From NCBI GenBank assembly GCA_964610875.1, contig CAZSWP010000012.1, forward strand, positions 23,056 through 87,055: a stretch of DNA of 64,000 nucleotides, read 5' to 3'. A program made the position numbers and the translations under genes. The notes beneath the pieces were generated by a model that was not told where the DNA came from, ran no database searches, and saw only the letters and a program-made list of their open reading frames with translations. This document shows, piece after piece, positions 18,986 through 28,751 of the stretch. Origin of the DNA: an uncultured archaeon (GTDB lineage Archaea; Asgardarchaeota; Thorarchaeia; Thorarchaeales; Thorarchaeaceae). Positions within the stretch are counted from its first letter, which is position 1. The number at the start of each line of letters is the position of its first letter.

Positions 18986-20947
18986 TTATTCCACATTTGA
19001 CAGGTACTCTGTGATCATCGCAGCAATCTGCCCATCTGTATAATGCTGCGAGCTGATTGCACCACTGGGACAGGTTGAGGTACAAGTGCCACATCCCTTG
19101 CACAGGGCGGGATTTATCTCAGATACACCACGCTCATTGAGTCTGATTGCATTGTACGGACAGACCGAGATGCAGACCTGACACCCAGCACACTTCTCTT
19201 CATCCACCACGCTGTAATATGGTTCAACAGAAACCTTACCCTTGCCCATCAGAGCCATAGCACCGGCAGCTGCTGCTTTAGCTTGCGCAACTGTATCAGG
19301 GATGTCCTTTGGTCCCTGAGCCATCCCTGCCACAAAGATACCATCATTGAAGGAATCTACCGGTCTGAGTTTGGGATGTGCTTCAAGTAAGAATCCATCA
19401 GGAGACTGGCTTAGATTCAAGACTTTTGCAATATCTTTCGCTTTTGCAGGTGGAACAACTCCAGTGGACAGAACAACAACATCAACATCACTAAGAGTGA
19501 TTGGCTTTCCAAGCAGGGTGTCTTCACCACGGACTACAAGTGAATGGTCCTCGTTCTCAAAAATCTCACCAACACGACCACGGATGAATGTTACTCCTGC
19601 ATTTGCTGTACTCTCATAGAACTCTTCGTATCCCTTTCCAAAGGTACGCAGGTCAATATAGAATATCCAGATTTGAGCACCTGTCTTGTCACGGATCATA
19701 CGAGCTTGTTTTATAGCTGTCATACAACAGACTCTGCTACAGTAACGGTTTGTGCGCTCATCACGACTTCCAACACATTGCACGTATACGATTTTCTTTG
19801 GCTCCTGTAAATCCGAGGGACGAACGATATGACCCTGAGTAGGACCTGAAGCACTGAGCATCCTCTCAACCTCTGCCAGATTGACAACATTGGGAAACTC
19901 TCCATAACCATATTCTTGCTTCTTAGTGGCATCGAATATCTCGAAGCCCGTAGATACAATAATGGTGCCGACCTTGACCTTTATCTCCTTTTCAGCATCA
20001 TCATAGTTGATTGCTCCAGCCTCACATGCATCCTTGCACTTACCACAGCGAACAGCATCAACACCTAAACAGTTGTTCATATCCAATAGGTAAGCTGAAG
20101 GTACAGCCTGAGCGAAGGGAATGTAGATAGCTTTTCGATATGCGAGATTAGCATCAAACTCACTGGGAATATCAACCGGACATATCTCAGAACAATCACC
20201 ACAAGAGGTACATGTTTCAACATCGACATAACGGGGTTTCTGTTTGATGGTCACTTCGAAGTTGCCAACAAACCCATCGAGTTTGGATACTTCTGCCATA
20301 GTGATGAGGTCAATATTGGGATGTGCACCGGCCTCAGCCATTCGTGGTGTGAGAATACAAGATGAGCAGTCCAAAGTCGGGAATGTCTTATCGATACGTG
20401 CCATATTTCCGCCAATAGTAGGTTCTTTTTCTATCATGTACACTTTGAAACCAGCGTTTGCAAGATCAAGTGCAGCTGAGATACCAGCGATGCCAGCACC
20501 AATAATCAGGGAGGTCTTCTCGATATCAACTTCTATCTCGTCGAGGGGTTCGAGAAGACGTGTTCTAGCAATAGCCATTCGTGTGAGGTCTATCGCTTTC
20601 TGTGTGGCTGCTTCGGGATTGTCGGCATGGATCCAGCTCACATGCTCGCGGATGTTCGCAATCTCCAATTGATATGGATTGAGACCTGCTTCCCGCATGG
20701 TCTGTCGAAAAGTAGGTTCGTGCATCCTTGGAGAGCATGCAGCAATGACAATACCATCAAGTCGATGTTCCTTGATTCTGTCTTTCAATATCTGCTGTCC
20801 CGGTTTGGAACAGACATATTTGTAGTCTTCAGCATGTTCAACATTTGGTAGGTCTTTGACTGCTTCAATGACCGCATCGACGTCCACGACGCTAGCAATG
20901 TTGGATCCACAGTGACAGACGAATACACCGATCCGTTTCTCAGGCAT
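18986..20947 (-). CDS. hdrA: Heterodisulfide reductase subunit A (Cys-encoding)
   Basis: GVFVCHCG, ACSPRMHE, NIREH, GAGIAG, KTFPTLDC, QCVGSRD, YCSRVCC, ferredoxin inserts. Confidence 0.95.
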   Translation of the reverse strand: MPEKRIGVFVCHCGSNIASVVDVDAVIEAVKDLPNVEHAEDYKYVCSKPGQQILKDRIKEHRLDGIVIAACSPRMHEPTFRQTMREAGLNPYQLEIANIREHVSWIHADNPEAATQKAIDLTRMAIARTRLLEPLDEIEVDIEKTSLIIGAGIAGISAALDLANAGFKVYMIEKEPTIGGNMARIDKTFPTLDCSSCILTPRMAEAGAHPNIDLITMAEVSKLDGFVGNFEVTIKQKPRYVDVETCTSCGDCSEICPVDIPSEFDANLAYRKAIYIPFAQAVPSAYLLDMNNCLGVDAVRCGKCKDACEAGAINYDDAEKEIKVKVGTIIVSTGFEIFDATKKQEYGYGEFPNVVNLAEVERMLSASGPTQGHIVRPSDLQEPKKIVYVQCVGSRDERTNRYCSRVCCMTAIKQARMIRDKTGAQIWIFYIDLRTFGKGYEEFYESTANAGVTFIRGRVGEIFENEDHSLVVRGEDTLLGKPITLSDVDVVVLSTGVVPPAKAKDIAKVLNLSQSPDGFLLEAHPKLRPVDSFNDGIFVAGMAQGPKDIPDTVAQAKAAAAGAMALMGKGKVSVEPYYSVVDEEKCAGCQVCISVCPYNAIRLNERGVSEINPALCKGCGTCTSTCPSGAISSQHYTDGQIAAMITEYLSNVE

Positions 20948-21458
20948 TTTTGTAATCCTCTGGACGAGCTCAAATCCTGTCGAGCTTTTGAGTCGAGAAT
21001 CACGTGAAAGTAATAAAGCGTTCGGATAGGGGGCTTAACAATGTGAAGTCCAATATGACCATAATCCATCATCATTTTCGTTTTTGCTTATCGCTAGAAT
21101 CAGAGGAATAGACATTGATGAAATTTTCAATTGCCTTCCGTTTGTTCTCCGCCTTCTCAAGTAATTCAATTGTTAGTTTCTTGTATGTTCTTGGTTTCGA
21201 ATCAAGAACCGTTTACATAGCTCTCGCACTTCTGGTATCAGTCCTTCTGGATGTTGCTGTGTTTGTTACTGGTACTCCTTTCCCATTAGAGAAGCTTGGA
21301 ATGAACACCTGGGCATTCATCACGTTAGGACTGATGATGGCTCTGTGGTCATAATACAGTAGCAAGGGAACGCAAATACTGTATTCATCCTCACCTTTTT
21401 CCTAAATCCTCATAGCTTATCAGGCACAAATGCACATCAGAAATATGGGTGTCAAATC

Positions 21459-22799
21459 ATGACTCAGGATAAACTCCCCACTACTGCTGTCTTCTGGGAT
21501 ATAGAAAACGTGCAGGACGATCAAGTCACTCATGAGCGACTCACAAAAGCTGTAAAGGAGTCTGGGGACATAATACGTGCATACGCATTTGCTGACTGGG
21601 ACACTCGCCGATTTGTGGCAGAGAATCTGCACCAGTTAGGATATGATTTGATACATGTTCCAGATTATCGTGATAACGCTGCAGACTACAAGATGGCTGC
21701 GTATATTCTAGAGCATCTTGTTCGCTATCCTGAAACAAAGAAATACGTAATGGTCACAGGAGATGGCGATTTCAAACTGATTGCTGGAGCTCTGAGAGAA
21801 AAGGGCTTGGACCTCTGGATAATCAGCAATCCCATCATTACATCCTCGGAACTGACAGATATTGCTACACAGTACTCGGATATCTACTCTTTTAGACCGA
21901 TCACTCTAGAGTGCTCTACACCGGAAGACTGCAAAGCTCTCGGAATGACGATGGAGGAGATTAGGGAGATTGCGGTGACAAAACTGCAAGAAGCGGTCTT
22001 GGAGATCAATGAGTCCGGAAATAGTCCCGGGATTGGACATGTTAAACACGTCATGACCGCACTCAACCCTGGCTTCAATGAGAAAAGATTGGGTTTTAAG
22101 AACTGGTCTGATTTTCTTACATGGGCGGAGTCTAAGGATTACATTGCGTTAGAAGGCGAAATGCCTGGTACTATCATCAAGATACCTGAAGATATGACTT
22201 CGCAAGTACAGAAGCACTCAGAAGAATCCACGCGTGCATTCAAGAGTTTCTGTTCTCTTGTTGAACAACACGTAGATGAGGGACAAGCCCCTAGCCTAGA
22301 GATCCTTAGCACTTCATTAGAAAAGCCCGATATAGATTTTCAAGAACTAGGTTATACCACTCTTGCAGACTTTATTCTTGCAGCGGAAAAAAGGGGATTT
22401 GTACGTATCATCTCAGATGGGTCAGAAGACTCTGTTGAAGCGCCAAAGATCATACCCGGAATGAATCCCGAGCGAGTGAAGGCATGGTTTGAAGAAAAAG
22501 TCACTGAACTCTATGGAGAGTCGGTAAATGTGCCGAAGAGAGGATTTCTCGAACGCATCTCCGATATGCTTCTTGAAACTCGAATCACTCTTGGAAAATT
22601 GGAAAACTACTTGAGGGATGAGAATCTCCAAAAACAATACCGCGCTATTCTTGACGCAAGTGACCTACCGTTCTTGCCACCATACCAGATGTCCTTCTTG
22701 TATATCCTTCTTGGACAAGGTCTGAGTTGTGAGAAAGCAATAGAACGTGTAAACAGAGAACTGGAACCTCTCGCAATAGTTCTGTCTTGTCCAGAATGA
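21459..22799 (+). CDS. NYN-domain protein with OST-HTH/LOTUS domains
   Basis: FWDIEN, NAADYKM and TGDGDF (NYN); PGFNEKRLGFKNWSDFL and DFQELGYTTLADFI (LOTUS). Confidence 0.85.
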   Translation: MTQDKLPTTAVFWDIENVQDDQVTHERLTKAVKESGDIIRAYAFADWDTRRFVAENLHQLGYDLIHVPDYRDNAADYKMAAYILEHLVRYPETKKYVMVTGDGDFKLIAGALREKGLDLWIISNPIITSSELTDIATQYSDIYSFRPITLECSTPEDCKALGMTMEEIREIAVTKLQEAVLEINESGNSPGIGHVKHVMTALNPGFNEKRLGFKNWSDFLTWAESKDYIALEGEMPGTIIKIPEDMTSQVQKHSEESTRAFKSFCSLVEQHVDEGQAPSLEILSTSLEKPDIDFQELGYTTLADFILAAEKRGFVRIISDGSEDSVEAPKIIPGMNPERVKAWFEEKVTELYGESVNVPKRGFLERISDMLLETRITLGKLENYLRDENLQKQYRAILDASDLPFLPPYQMSFLYILLGQGLSCEKAIERVNRELEPLAIVLSCPE

Positions 22800-22947
22800 A
22801 GTTTTATCTTGAATTCTACTATATCCCCAGTCAACTATCAAGAGATATGTTCAGGTTGTTAACAGGCGCCATTGGAAGGTACAACTGTTAAACACACGTA
22901 GCCTTTTTCTTCTTCCATGTACTATACATGTATGAGGTTGGAAATTA

Positions 22948-23100
22948 GTGTTGGATTCGGATTCAAGACCTAAAACACCATTACCCGATTGTTATGGCGG
23001 GTATAGTTCAAAAGAGATTTCTTGTCAAAATTGTGACTGGTCTGCTGACTGCAGAAAAACAACCGAGGATACACTAAGGAAACTGGGGGAAGACATCTAA
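22948..23100 (+). CDS. 50-aa four-Cys metal-binding-like protein, not in ORF track
   Basis: GAGGT RBS then GTG: MLDSDSRPKTPLPDCYGGYSSKEISCQNCDWSADCRKTTEDTLRKLGEDI*. Confidence 0.6.
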   Translation: MLDSDSRPKTPLPDCYGGYSSKEISCQNCDWSADCRKTTEDTLRKLGEDI

Positions 23101-23252
23101 TCCGCGTATAATCCTGACCTAAGATGTGAAAACATCAGCTGGTAGATAATCAGCAATCATGAGCATTGGACTCGCAATACTAGAGAACTGACTATATTAG
23201 GTATCTAGCACATTATGTAGTATAAGCACCACTCTGGAGTGTGTCATAACAG

Positions 23253-24686
23253 ATGGAAGATCTCTATGAAAAGTATGGTTCTGCAGTGGATAGACTAGCA
23301 GACACTTCTGCATCTGTTGATGTGTTCCAAAGGCAATTTGGTGCAGAGCTTACTTCTTGGGAGCTAGAACATCAGAAACGGTTTCAGCGGCGGATATCTT
23401 CAACCAAGAGCTCCTACCGTGGATATGTACATTACACAAGGGATACATCCGTTGTCTTACTCAGTCCGAGTCCTTGGCTTCTTGAGGGAGTGCTCGTATA
23501 CATACAGCGGGACCAAGAATTACCTCCTGAGAATATATTAGTGGAGATAACAGGTCGGAACATTCTTGCTCCTAGAATACTTCAAAACAGAGGTGACTCG
23601 GTGAGAGCTATTTCTGTGGATGAGATTCAGATTATTGGTGAAAACATAACCGACAACATTCATCCTAATACAAACCTTAGAGACCTCTCAAAGATGTTGT
23701 TTGAGCATGTTGGTATGGCTGAGGCGAGTAAACGAGTCTTTGCTAGGTTGTTTGTGTCCAGTCCGCCACATGAAGGTGCAATCGGTGGTCTGACAACGGG
23801 TATCCAAGCACTAGCATCGGAGAGAAAGGTGCAGCGCCTCTTCTCATTGATCAAATCTGTCGTTCCTCCAGCACTTAGAGGTAAAGGAGCTACCTCTGTG
23901 AACTTCAGAGGTATTCGCGTTCCCAAACCGAAGATATGGCGCTTAGAGTCTGGAAAGACGGTGAGGTCCAAACTTGAGGAATTATGTATCAGGCGAAGAG
24001 ACCCTTCTGGGTTCAGTGAGGTCTCTCTTGGTACAATGACCACGCAATCTACAGCAGCATTACCAGATGTTCCGATTGCTCTCACATCTGAGGAATTTTG
24101 GATAGAAACTCGGAATGCGTCAGAATTGCGATTACCCATCACTAAAGCAGCGATTACTTACAAACTGTTGAATCCAAGTGTGTCCCATCAATCAATTGAT
24201 GCAGGAACGAAACACGCTCTAAAACGATTAGAAGTCATCAAAGAGAGTTTTGGACTTGAAAACTCTGCACTTAGTAGAGGTAATGTCCTAGATGCAGACG
24301 CGCTGGGTAGACCAATGAGTATGATACGACTAGCATTATCCTCAGCACGAGCATATTGGAAAGAAAAGATAACAGTGAAGCAATTGAAACGTGAATGGGA
24401 CCGAGTATTGGAACCAGCCTTGCGTGAGTTTCTTGAGTTGTCTGACATCAAGGAGAAAGCTGAGGCAAGATGGGGCAAAGATAGTCGCTATGACCGTTAT
24501 GATAGTCGAATTCTAAAAGCATTAGAAAAACTGGACGCAGGAAAGACTGGGTCTCTTGGACCAAAACTAGCTGAGATTGCAGAAGAAGCTGGAGTTGAGC
24601 AGCACGAGACTGCTCAGACTCTTACAAAAATGAAAGAAGATGGAACTGTATATGAACCTCGCATCGGACATTACAGACTTGTATAA
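23253..24686 (+). CDS. Divergent MCM-like protein (possible OB fold, degenerate AAA+ with lid helix, C-terminal winged helix)
   Basis: GRPMSMIRLALSSARA resembles the MCM lid; MKEDGTVYEPRIGHYRLV resembles the archaeal MCM C-terminal WH; no Walker A/B visible. Confidence 0.55.
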   Translation: MEDLYEKYGSAVDRLADTSASVDVFQRQFGAELTSWELEHQKRFQRRISSTKSSYRGYVHYTRDTSVVLLSPSPWLLEGVLVYIQRDQELPPENILVEITGRNILAPRILQNRGDSVRAISVDEIQIIGENITDNIHPNTNLRDLSKMLFEHVGMAEASKRVFARLFVSSPPHEGAIGGLTTGIQALASERKVQRLFSLIKSVVPPALRGKGATSVNFRGIRVPKPKIWRLESGKTVRSKLEELCIRRRDPSGFSEVSLGTMTTQSTAALPDVPIALTSEEFWIETRNASELRLPITKAAITYKLLNPSVSHQSIDAGTKHALKRLEVIKESFGLENSALSRGNVLDADALGRPMSMIRLALSSARAYWKEKITVKQLKREWDRVLEPALREFLELSDIKEKAEARWGKDSRYDRYDSRILKALEKLDAGKTGSLGPKLAEIAEEAGVEQHETAQTLTKMKEDGTVYEPRIGHYRLV

Positions 24687-24693
24687 TGATTCA

Positions 24694-25290
24694 CTATTTG
24701 AAATAGTCAAAGAATTCTTCTGGCTCACTACCTTCCTCGATGAGTTCGATATCTTGAACTCCTACCCTCTCTGCATCGTAACGTCTTGCAATGATGGTTG
24801 CATCAAACTTCTCTCTGGCAGAAGCTTCTTCGCCACGCCAGACAAAGATATCATCCCAAGTATCCAACACAAAGACGTCATCGCTCTTTAGAGAATCGCG
24901 TGAGAGTGGTACTTCAGCAAAGAAGGTTTCATCACCTTCTCTATGTACGCGCCAGAGCTTGTACTCTTTGGTTTCCAAACGGACCTTTTTCAGAATTCCC
25001 TCTGTATCCTCATCAGTAAGCTCAAAGTCATCGAAAAGGCTCTTGAAGTGTTCTGGTTCCTGTCCGCCATCTATTCTATCAATGTCGGCATGTCCCTTAC
25101 GTGCGGTATCTCGAAAGACCGCCTCTGCTGCTGTAAGGAACTTTTCATCTACTGAACTGTTCGGACCTATCCAGAGATAGATTTTAGGTCCTGCATCAAC
25201 TAGATAACAGTCCCCTCGTCCAAACTTTCCAGGGTCCTTCATCAGAACAAGATTTCCCTTTTGCACGTGGTATACATCTGGTTCTCCCAT
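24694..25290 (-). CDS. Two-domain gelsolin-like actin regulator
   Basis: Two gelsolin repeats: GDCYLVDAGPKIYLWIG..SSVDEK...GQEPEHF and DDVFVLDTWDDIFVWRG..ASAREK...GSEPEEF. Confidence 0.9.
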   Translation of the reverse strand: MGEPDVYHVQKGNLVLMKDPGKFGRGDCYLVDAGPKIYLWIGPNSSVDEKFLTAAEAVFRDTARKGHADIDRIDGGQEPEHFKSLFDDFELTDEDTEGILKKVRLETKEYKLWRVHREGDETFFAEVPLSRDSLKSDDVFVLDTWDDIFVWRGEEASAREKFDATIIARRYDAERVGVQDIELIEEGSEPEEFFDYFK

Positions 25291-25387
25291 ATACTGCTCT
25301 CCTGAGTATTTTATTTCACTCGGACATACCTAGAATGAGCCTTAAGTTATGTGTGGATGAACCTAAGTAGTATCTGTGTGATGGATA

Positions 25388-26380
25388 ATGCCTGAACTAC
25401 CTGAGATTGAAACAATTGCTCACAAACTCTCAGAATTACTCATTGGAGAGGTAATCAAGAGAGTGCGTGTTGAGAATCATCTACTCATCTGTGGTAGTAC
25501 AGTGGAAGACTTTGAAAAGATGTTGCTTGGAAAGGAGTTTCAATCGTTTAGGGGCGATGGCAAGTTCTTGGTAATGAAATTAGACTCTGACATTGAGATT
25601 GTGATTAACCGTTCATTGCAAGCTGGACAGATCTGGACACCGGAGTCTTGTCCGTCCAGAAATGGTACTGGAACGTTACTCCGTGGGGTCAGCACACAGA
25701 TGTCAGGTGACCTATGAATTTATTCCGTTCTGAAGTATCTAAGCTCCCACAAAAAATGTCTAGGATTGTCCAGGTTTTTGGCAGCTGTTAACAACCCCAT
25801 GCTTACTGGACGCATCAAGTTGACTAGTCCTTCTAAGAAACCCGGAAAGCAGGATGTGTTCAGAATCTTGGTGAGCAATCAGACACTGTGGTATACAGAT
25901 AGGAAACAGATTGGACGCGTCTATCTTGTGAGAGATTCTGATTATTCCACTGTTGCGGAGTTTGAAGGTCGTGGCCCCTCTGCATTGAGTCCCGAACTCA
26001 CACTTGCTGTATTCAAAGAGAGGATAAGACGACACAGAGGACAGGTCAAAAATGTCCTGCGCAATCAGAGATTCGTAACAGGTGTTGGCAACGCCTATGC
26101 AGATGAGATTCTACTCTATGCCGGAATCCTACCTTTTAGAAAACGCTCTACACTTACCGACGATGAAACAGAACGTTTGTATACTGCCATGAGAGCAGTC
26201 CTCTCGAAGTTCAAGGAGATACTTATGGGGCGGTCTCTGAAAGAGATTGGTCTTGAAAAGCGTGACTTCTTAATGATTCATGGCAAGACAAATGGAGCCT
26301 GTCCATTATGTGGCAATAGAGTTTCTGAGGTCAAATCCAAGCGATTCAAGACAAATTACTGTCAGAAATGCCAAGTATGA
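25388..26380 (+). pseudogene. mutM: Fpg/Nei DNA glycosylase interrupted by a 186-bp in-frame insertion carrying one TGA
   Basis: MPELPE start, GKFL, H2TH GVGNAYADEIL, C-terminal CPLC...CQKCQ. Both track ORFs share one frame; removing 25610-25795 gives ...IEIVINPMLTGR.... Confidence 0.85.
25610..25795. mobile_element. Small non-coding structured insertion (MITE-like or intron-like)
   Basis: Interrupts conserved fpg sequence; imperfect subterminal IRs ctggacagatctggaca / tgtctaggattgtccag; internal hairpin tctggac..gtccaga; AACC at both junctions. Confidence 0.65.
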
Positions 26381-26436
26381 TATAACTCGCAAAGCTAATC
26401 AATAGGGTGTACTTCTTTGTTTGATTGATTTGAGGT

Positions 26437-27624
26437 GTGATATTGATGGATGACTGGGAAGAGAGCTTCTTGCGTGATATGGTGCAACTTGACACTAACA
26501 GTGACGAAAGGAAAAACTATGAAGAATGCTCCACTGTAGTCAAAAAATATTGCGAGGGAGCCGGCTTAACAGTTGAGGTTTTTGATTCGCAACATGATGG
26601 GATACCGCAACCTAACGTTGTTGCCATGCTAGATGTAGGTGCTAAAGAGACCATCCTGTTATGCACTCATTATGATGTAGTTCCTGCTGGTGATGTTGAG
26701 AAGTGGCAGTATCCTCCTTTTGATCTAACAAAGAAGGGCGGAAAGGTCTATGGACGAGGAGTCACTGACAATAAGGGTAACGTCGTAGCTGCAGTAAGTG
26801 CGGCAAAGACTCTTGCAGAGAGCGGTAAATCGAAAGCGAACCTGAAGATTCTCATCTCTCCCAATGAAGAGATTGGTGGTGTCTGGGGCATCGATTATCT
26901 CATCAATGGACCTGCCAAGATACGCGGTGATTTTGCGATTGTAGTTGACTCAAGTCCAAACTATGTGAGTGTTGGCGCTAGTGGAGTTGTTGCAGGAACA
27001 ATCACGGTGCATGGTACTCAGGGACATGCGGGATACCCCTTCAAATTCAACAATGCCATTCATCTCTCTGTTCCCCTCCTTACAGTCATGTTGGATTATG
27101 TTGATGTACGAAGGAAAGTTACTTCGAAACTCCCAGCACCGCCAGGAAGTCCCTATCAGGAACTGTGGGGTCGCTTTTCCTTTACTATCTTTGAAGCAGG
27201 TAGCAAGACAAATGTGATTCCTGGAAAGGCTGGGATATCCTTTGACTGCAGATTGATACCAGAAGAAGACCCAGACACTGTTGAGAAAGAGCTTGAGGAG
27301 TTTCTTGCACAGGCCTGTGAAGAGACCGGTGTCGAGGCTGATGTCACGTTCAAAGTTGGTGTGAATGGCTGGAGCTCCGACTCTGAGAACAAGTTTGTCA
27401 AAATATTCCATGATGCTGTCAAAGAGGTTGCTGGTCCGTCCATCCCTCTGTCTGCAGATTTGGGAGGGAATGATGGTCATTATTTCACAAAGGTAGGAAT
27501 TCCGACAGCGTGCTATGGCACAATTGCTGATGACAGTAATTTCCATGGGATTGATGAGTGGTTGGACTTGAATGACTATGAGCGTGTGAAAAACGCTCTA
27601 ATTCTATTTGCAGAGAAGTGTTAA
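26437..27624 (+). CDS. M20 family metallopeptidase (ArgE/DapE-like)
   Basis: HYDVVP, GRGVTDNKG, EEIG, GHAG, GGNDG. Confidence 0.9.
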   Translation: MILMDDWEESFLRDMVQLDTNSDERKNYEECSTVVKKYCEGAGLTVEVFDSQHDGIPQPNVVAMLDVGAKETILLCTHYDVVPAGDVEKWQYPPFDLTKKGGKVYGRGVTDNKGNVVAAVSAAKTLAESGKSKANLKILISPNEEIGGVWGIDYLINGPAKIRGDFAIVVDSSPNYVSVGASGVVAGTITVHGTQGHAGYPFKFNNAIHLSVPLLTVMLDYVDVRRKVTSKLPAPPGSPYQELWGRFSFTIFEAGSKTNVIPGKAGISFDCRLIPEEDPDTVEKELEEFLAQACEETGVEADVTFKVGVNGWSSDSENKFVKIFHDAVKEVAGPSIPLSADLGGNDGHYFTKVGIPTACYGTIADDSNFHGIDEWLDLNDYERVKNALILFAEKC

Positions 27625-27626
27625 TC

Positions 27627-28751
27627 ATGCCTGATATTCATGATCTAGAGATAGGTGCACCTGGACCCTTTCTCCCACCCTGGGAGAATGTCAAGAAGAA
27701 TGCAAGACTGATAGATACACTTGGTTATGACAGTATGGCCTTTCCTGACCATTTTGCAGGATTTGTGCCTGAAAGTATCTGGACGCCTGATATTACACCT
27801 CTTGCGATTTTTCAGGAGTCTCCACATACCTATTTCGAATTAGCAAGTGTGATGGCTGCATGTGCTGCAGTCACTGAGAATACAAAACTGATCTCCGCAG
27901 TCACGGAGCCCCTTCGAAGACATCCTATCCTCTTGGCTCAAACCTTTCTGACTATTGACCATATCAGCAACGGACGGGTAGTCATGGGTATAGGAGCTGG
28001 TGAGATTGAGAACGTTGAACCCTATGGTCTGAACTATAGAGGACAGGTGGGGAAACTACGTGAAGCCCTTGAAATAATCCGACTAGCCTTTACACGAGTT
28101 GAGCCTTTCACTTTCGATGGAAAATATTGGAGTCTCAAAGATGCAGTGATGTCCCTCCGTCCCGCTGTTCAGGATAAACCTCCCCCAATCTGGATCGCTG
28201 CACATGGAACCAAGATGCTAGAGATAACAGCAGAATATGGAGATGGCTGGATTCCGACTCTGCTTCAACCGAAAGACTATGGGGAAAAGCTGTCCGTGAT
28301 ACAGCAACATAGGAAAAAGAAGGGTCGAACTGGTTCTTTCAAATCAGCACTCTGGAACTGGTGCATTCTTGATGGCGATATCTCTGAATGTGAACGGATA
28401 ATGAGAACACCTCTTGCAAGGGCCTTTGCATTATTATACCCTTCATCAGAATGGAGAAAGCTGGGATTTGAGCATCCCTTTGGAAACGATTTCTACTCGC
28501 TTACCGACTATGTGCCTATGCGGTATTCAAGAGAACGAACATTGGAGGCGATAGAGCAGGTGCCCGATGCAGTGCTTCGGGAGTTCTATATGCTAGGAGA
28601 TGCCGAAACCATCATTTCCAGACTTGAAGAGTATGTCCACGAAGGATTACAACACATCATTTTGTGGAACTCTACGGGTATGTTCGACCTTGAGAAGACT
28701 AAAGACTCATACCGCATCATGAAGGAGATTCTTACTTATGTCAAAGGATGA
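27627..28751 (+). CDS. LLM-class (F420/flavin-dependent) oxidoreductase
   Basis: PDHF, RRHP..LAQ...T.DHISNGR..GIGAG, PPIWIAAHG, YGDGW. Confidence 0.88.
   Translation: MPDIHDLEIGAPGPFLPPWENVKKNARLIDTLGYDSMAFPDHFAGFVPESIWTPDITPLAIFQESPHTYFELASVMAACAAVTENTKLISAVTEPLRRHPILLAQTFLTIDHISNGRVVMGIGAGEIENVEPYGLNYRGQVGKLREALEIIRLAFTRVEPFTFDGKYWSLKDAVMSLRPAVQDKPPPIWIAAHGTKMLEITAEYGDGWIPTLLQPKDYGEKLSVIQQHRKKKGRTGSFKSALWNWCILDGDISECERIMRTPLARAFALLYPSSEWRKLGFEHPFGNDFYSLTDYVPMRYSRERTLEAIEQVPDAVLREFYMLGDAETIISRLEEYVHEGLQHIILWNSTGMFDLEKTKDSYRIMKEILTYVKG

Noticed and set aside
18986-20947. HdrA (and MvhD at 41371-41838) as selenoproteins
   Set aside because: No in-frame TGA; the positions that are Sec in some homologs are Cys codons here.
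20960-21440. ORFs between hdrA and the NYN gene (21115-21354 +, 20785-21075 -)
   Set aside because: No recognisable motifs; the minus strand has stop-broken frames that may be a gene relic, but no product can be supported.
25610-25795. Mini-intein or group I/II intron
   Set aside because: No Cys/Ser start and the +1 residue is Pro; no GUGYG start or terminal G, and too short for those ribozymes.
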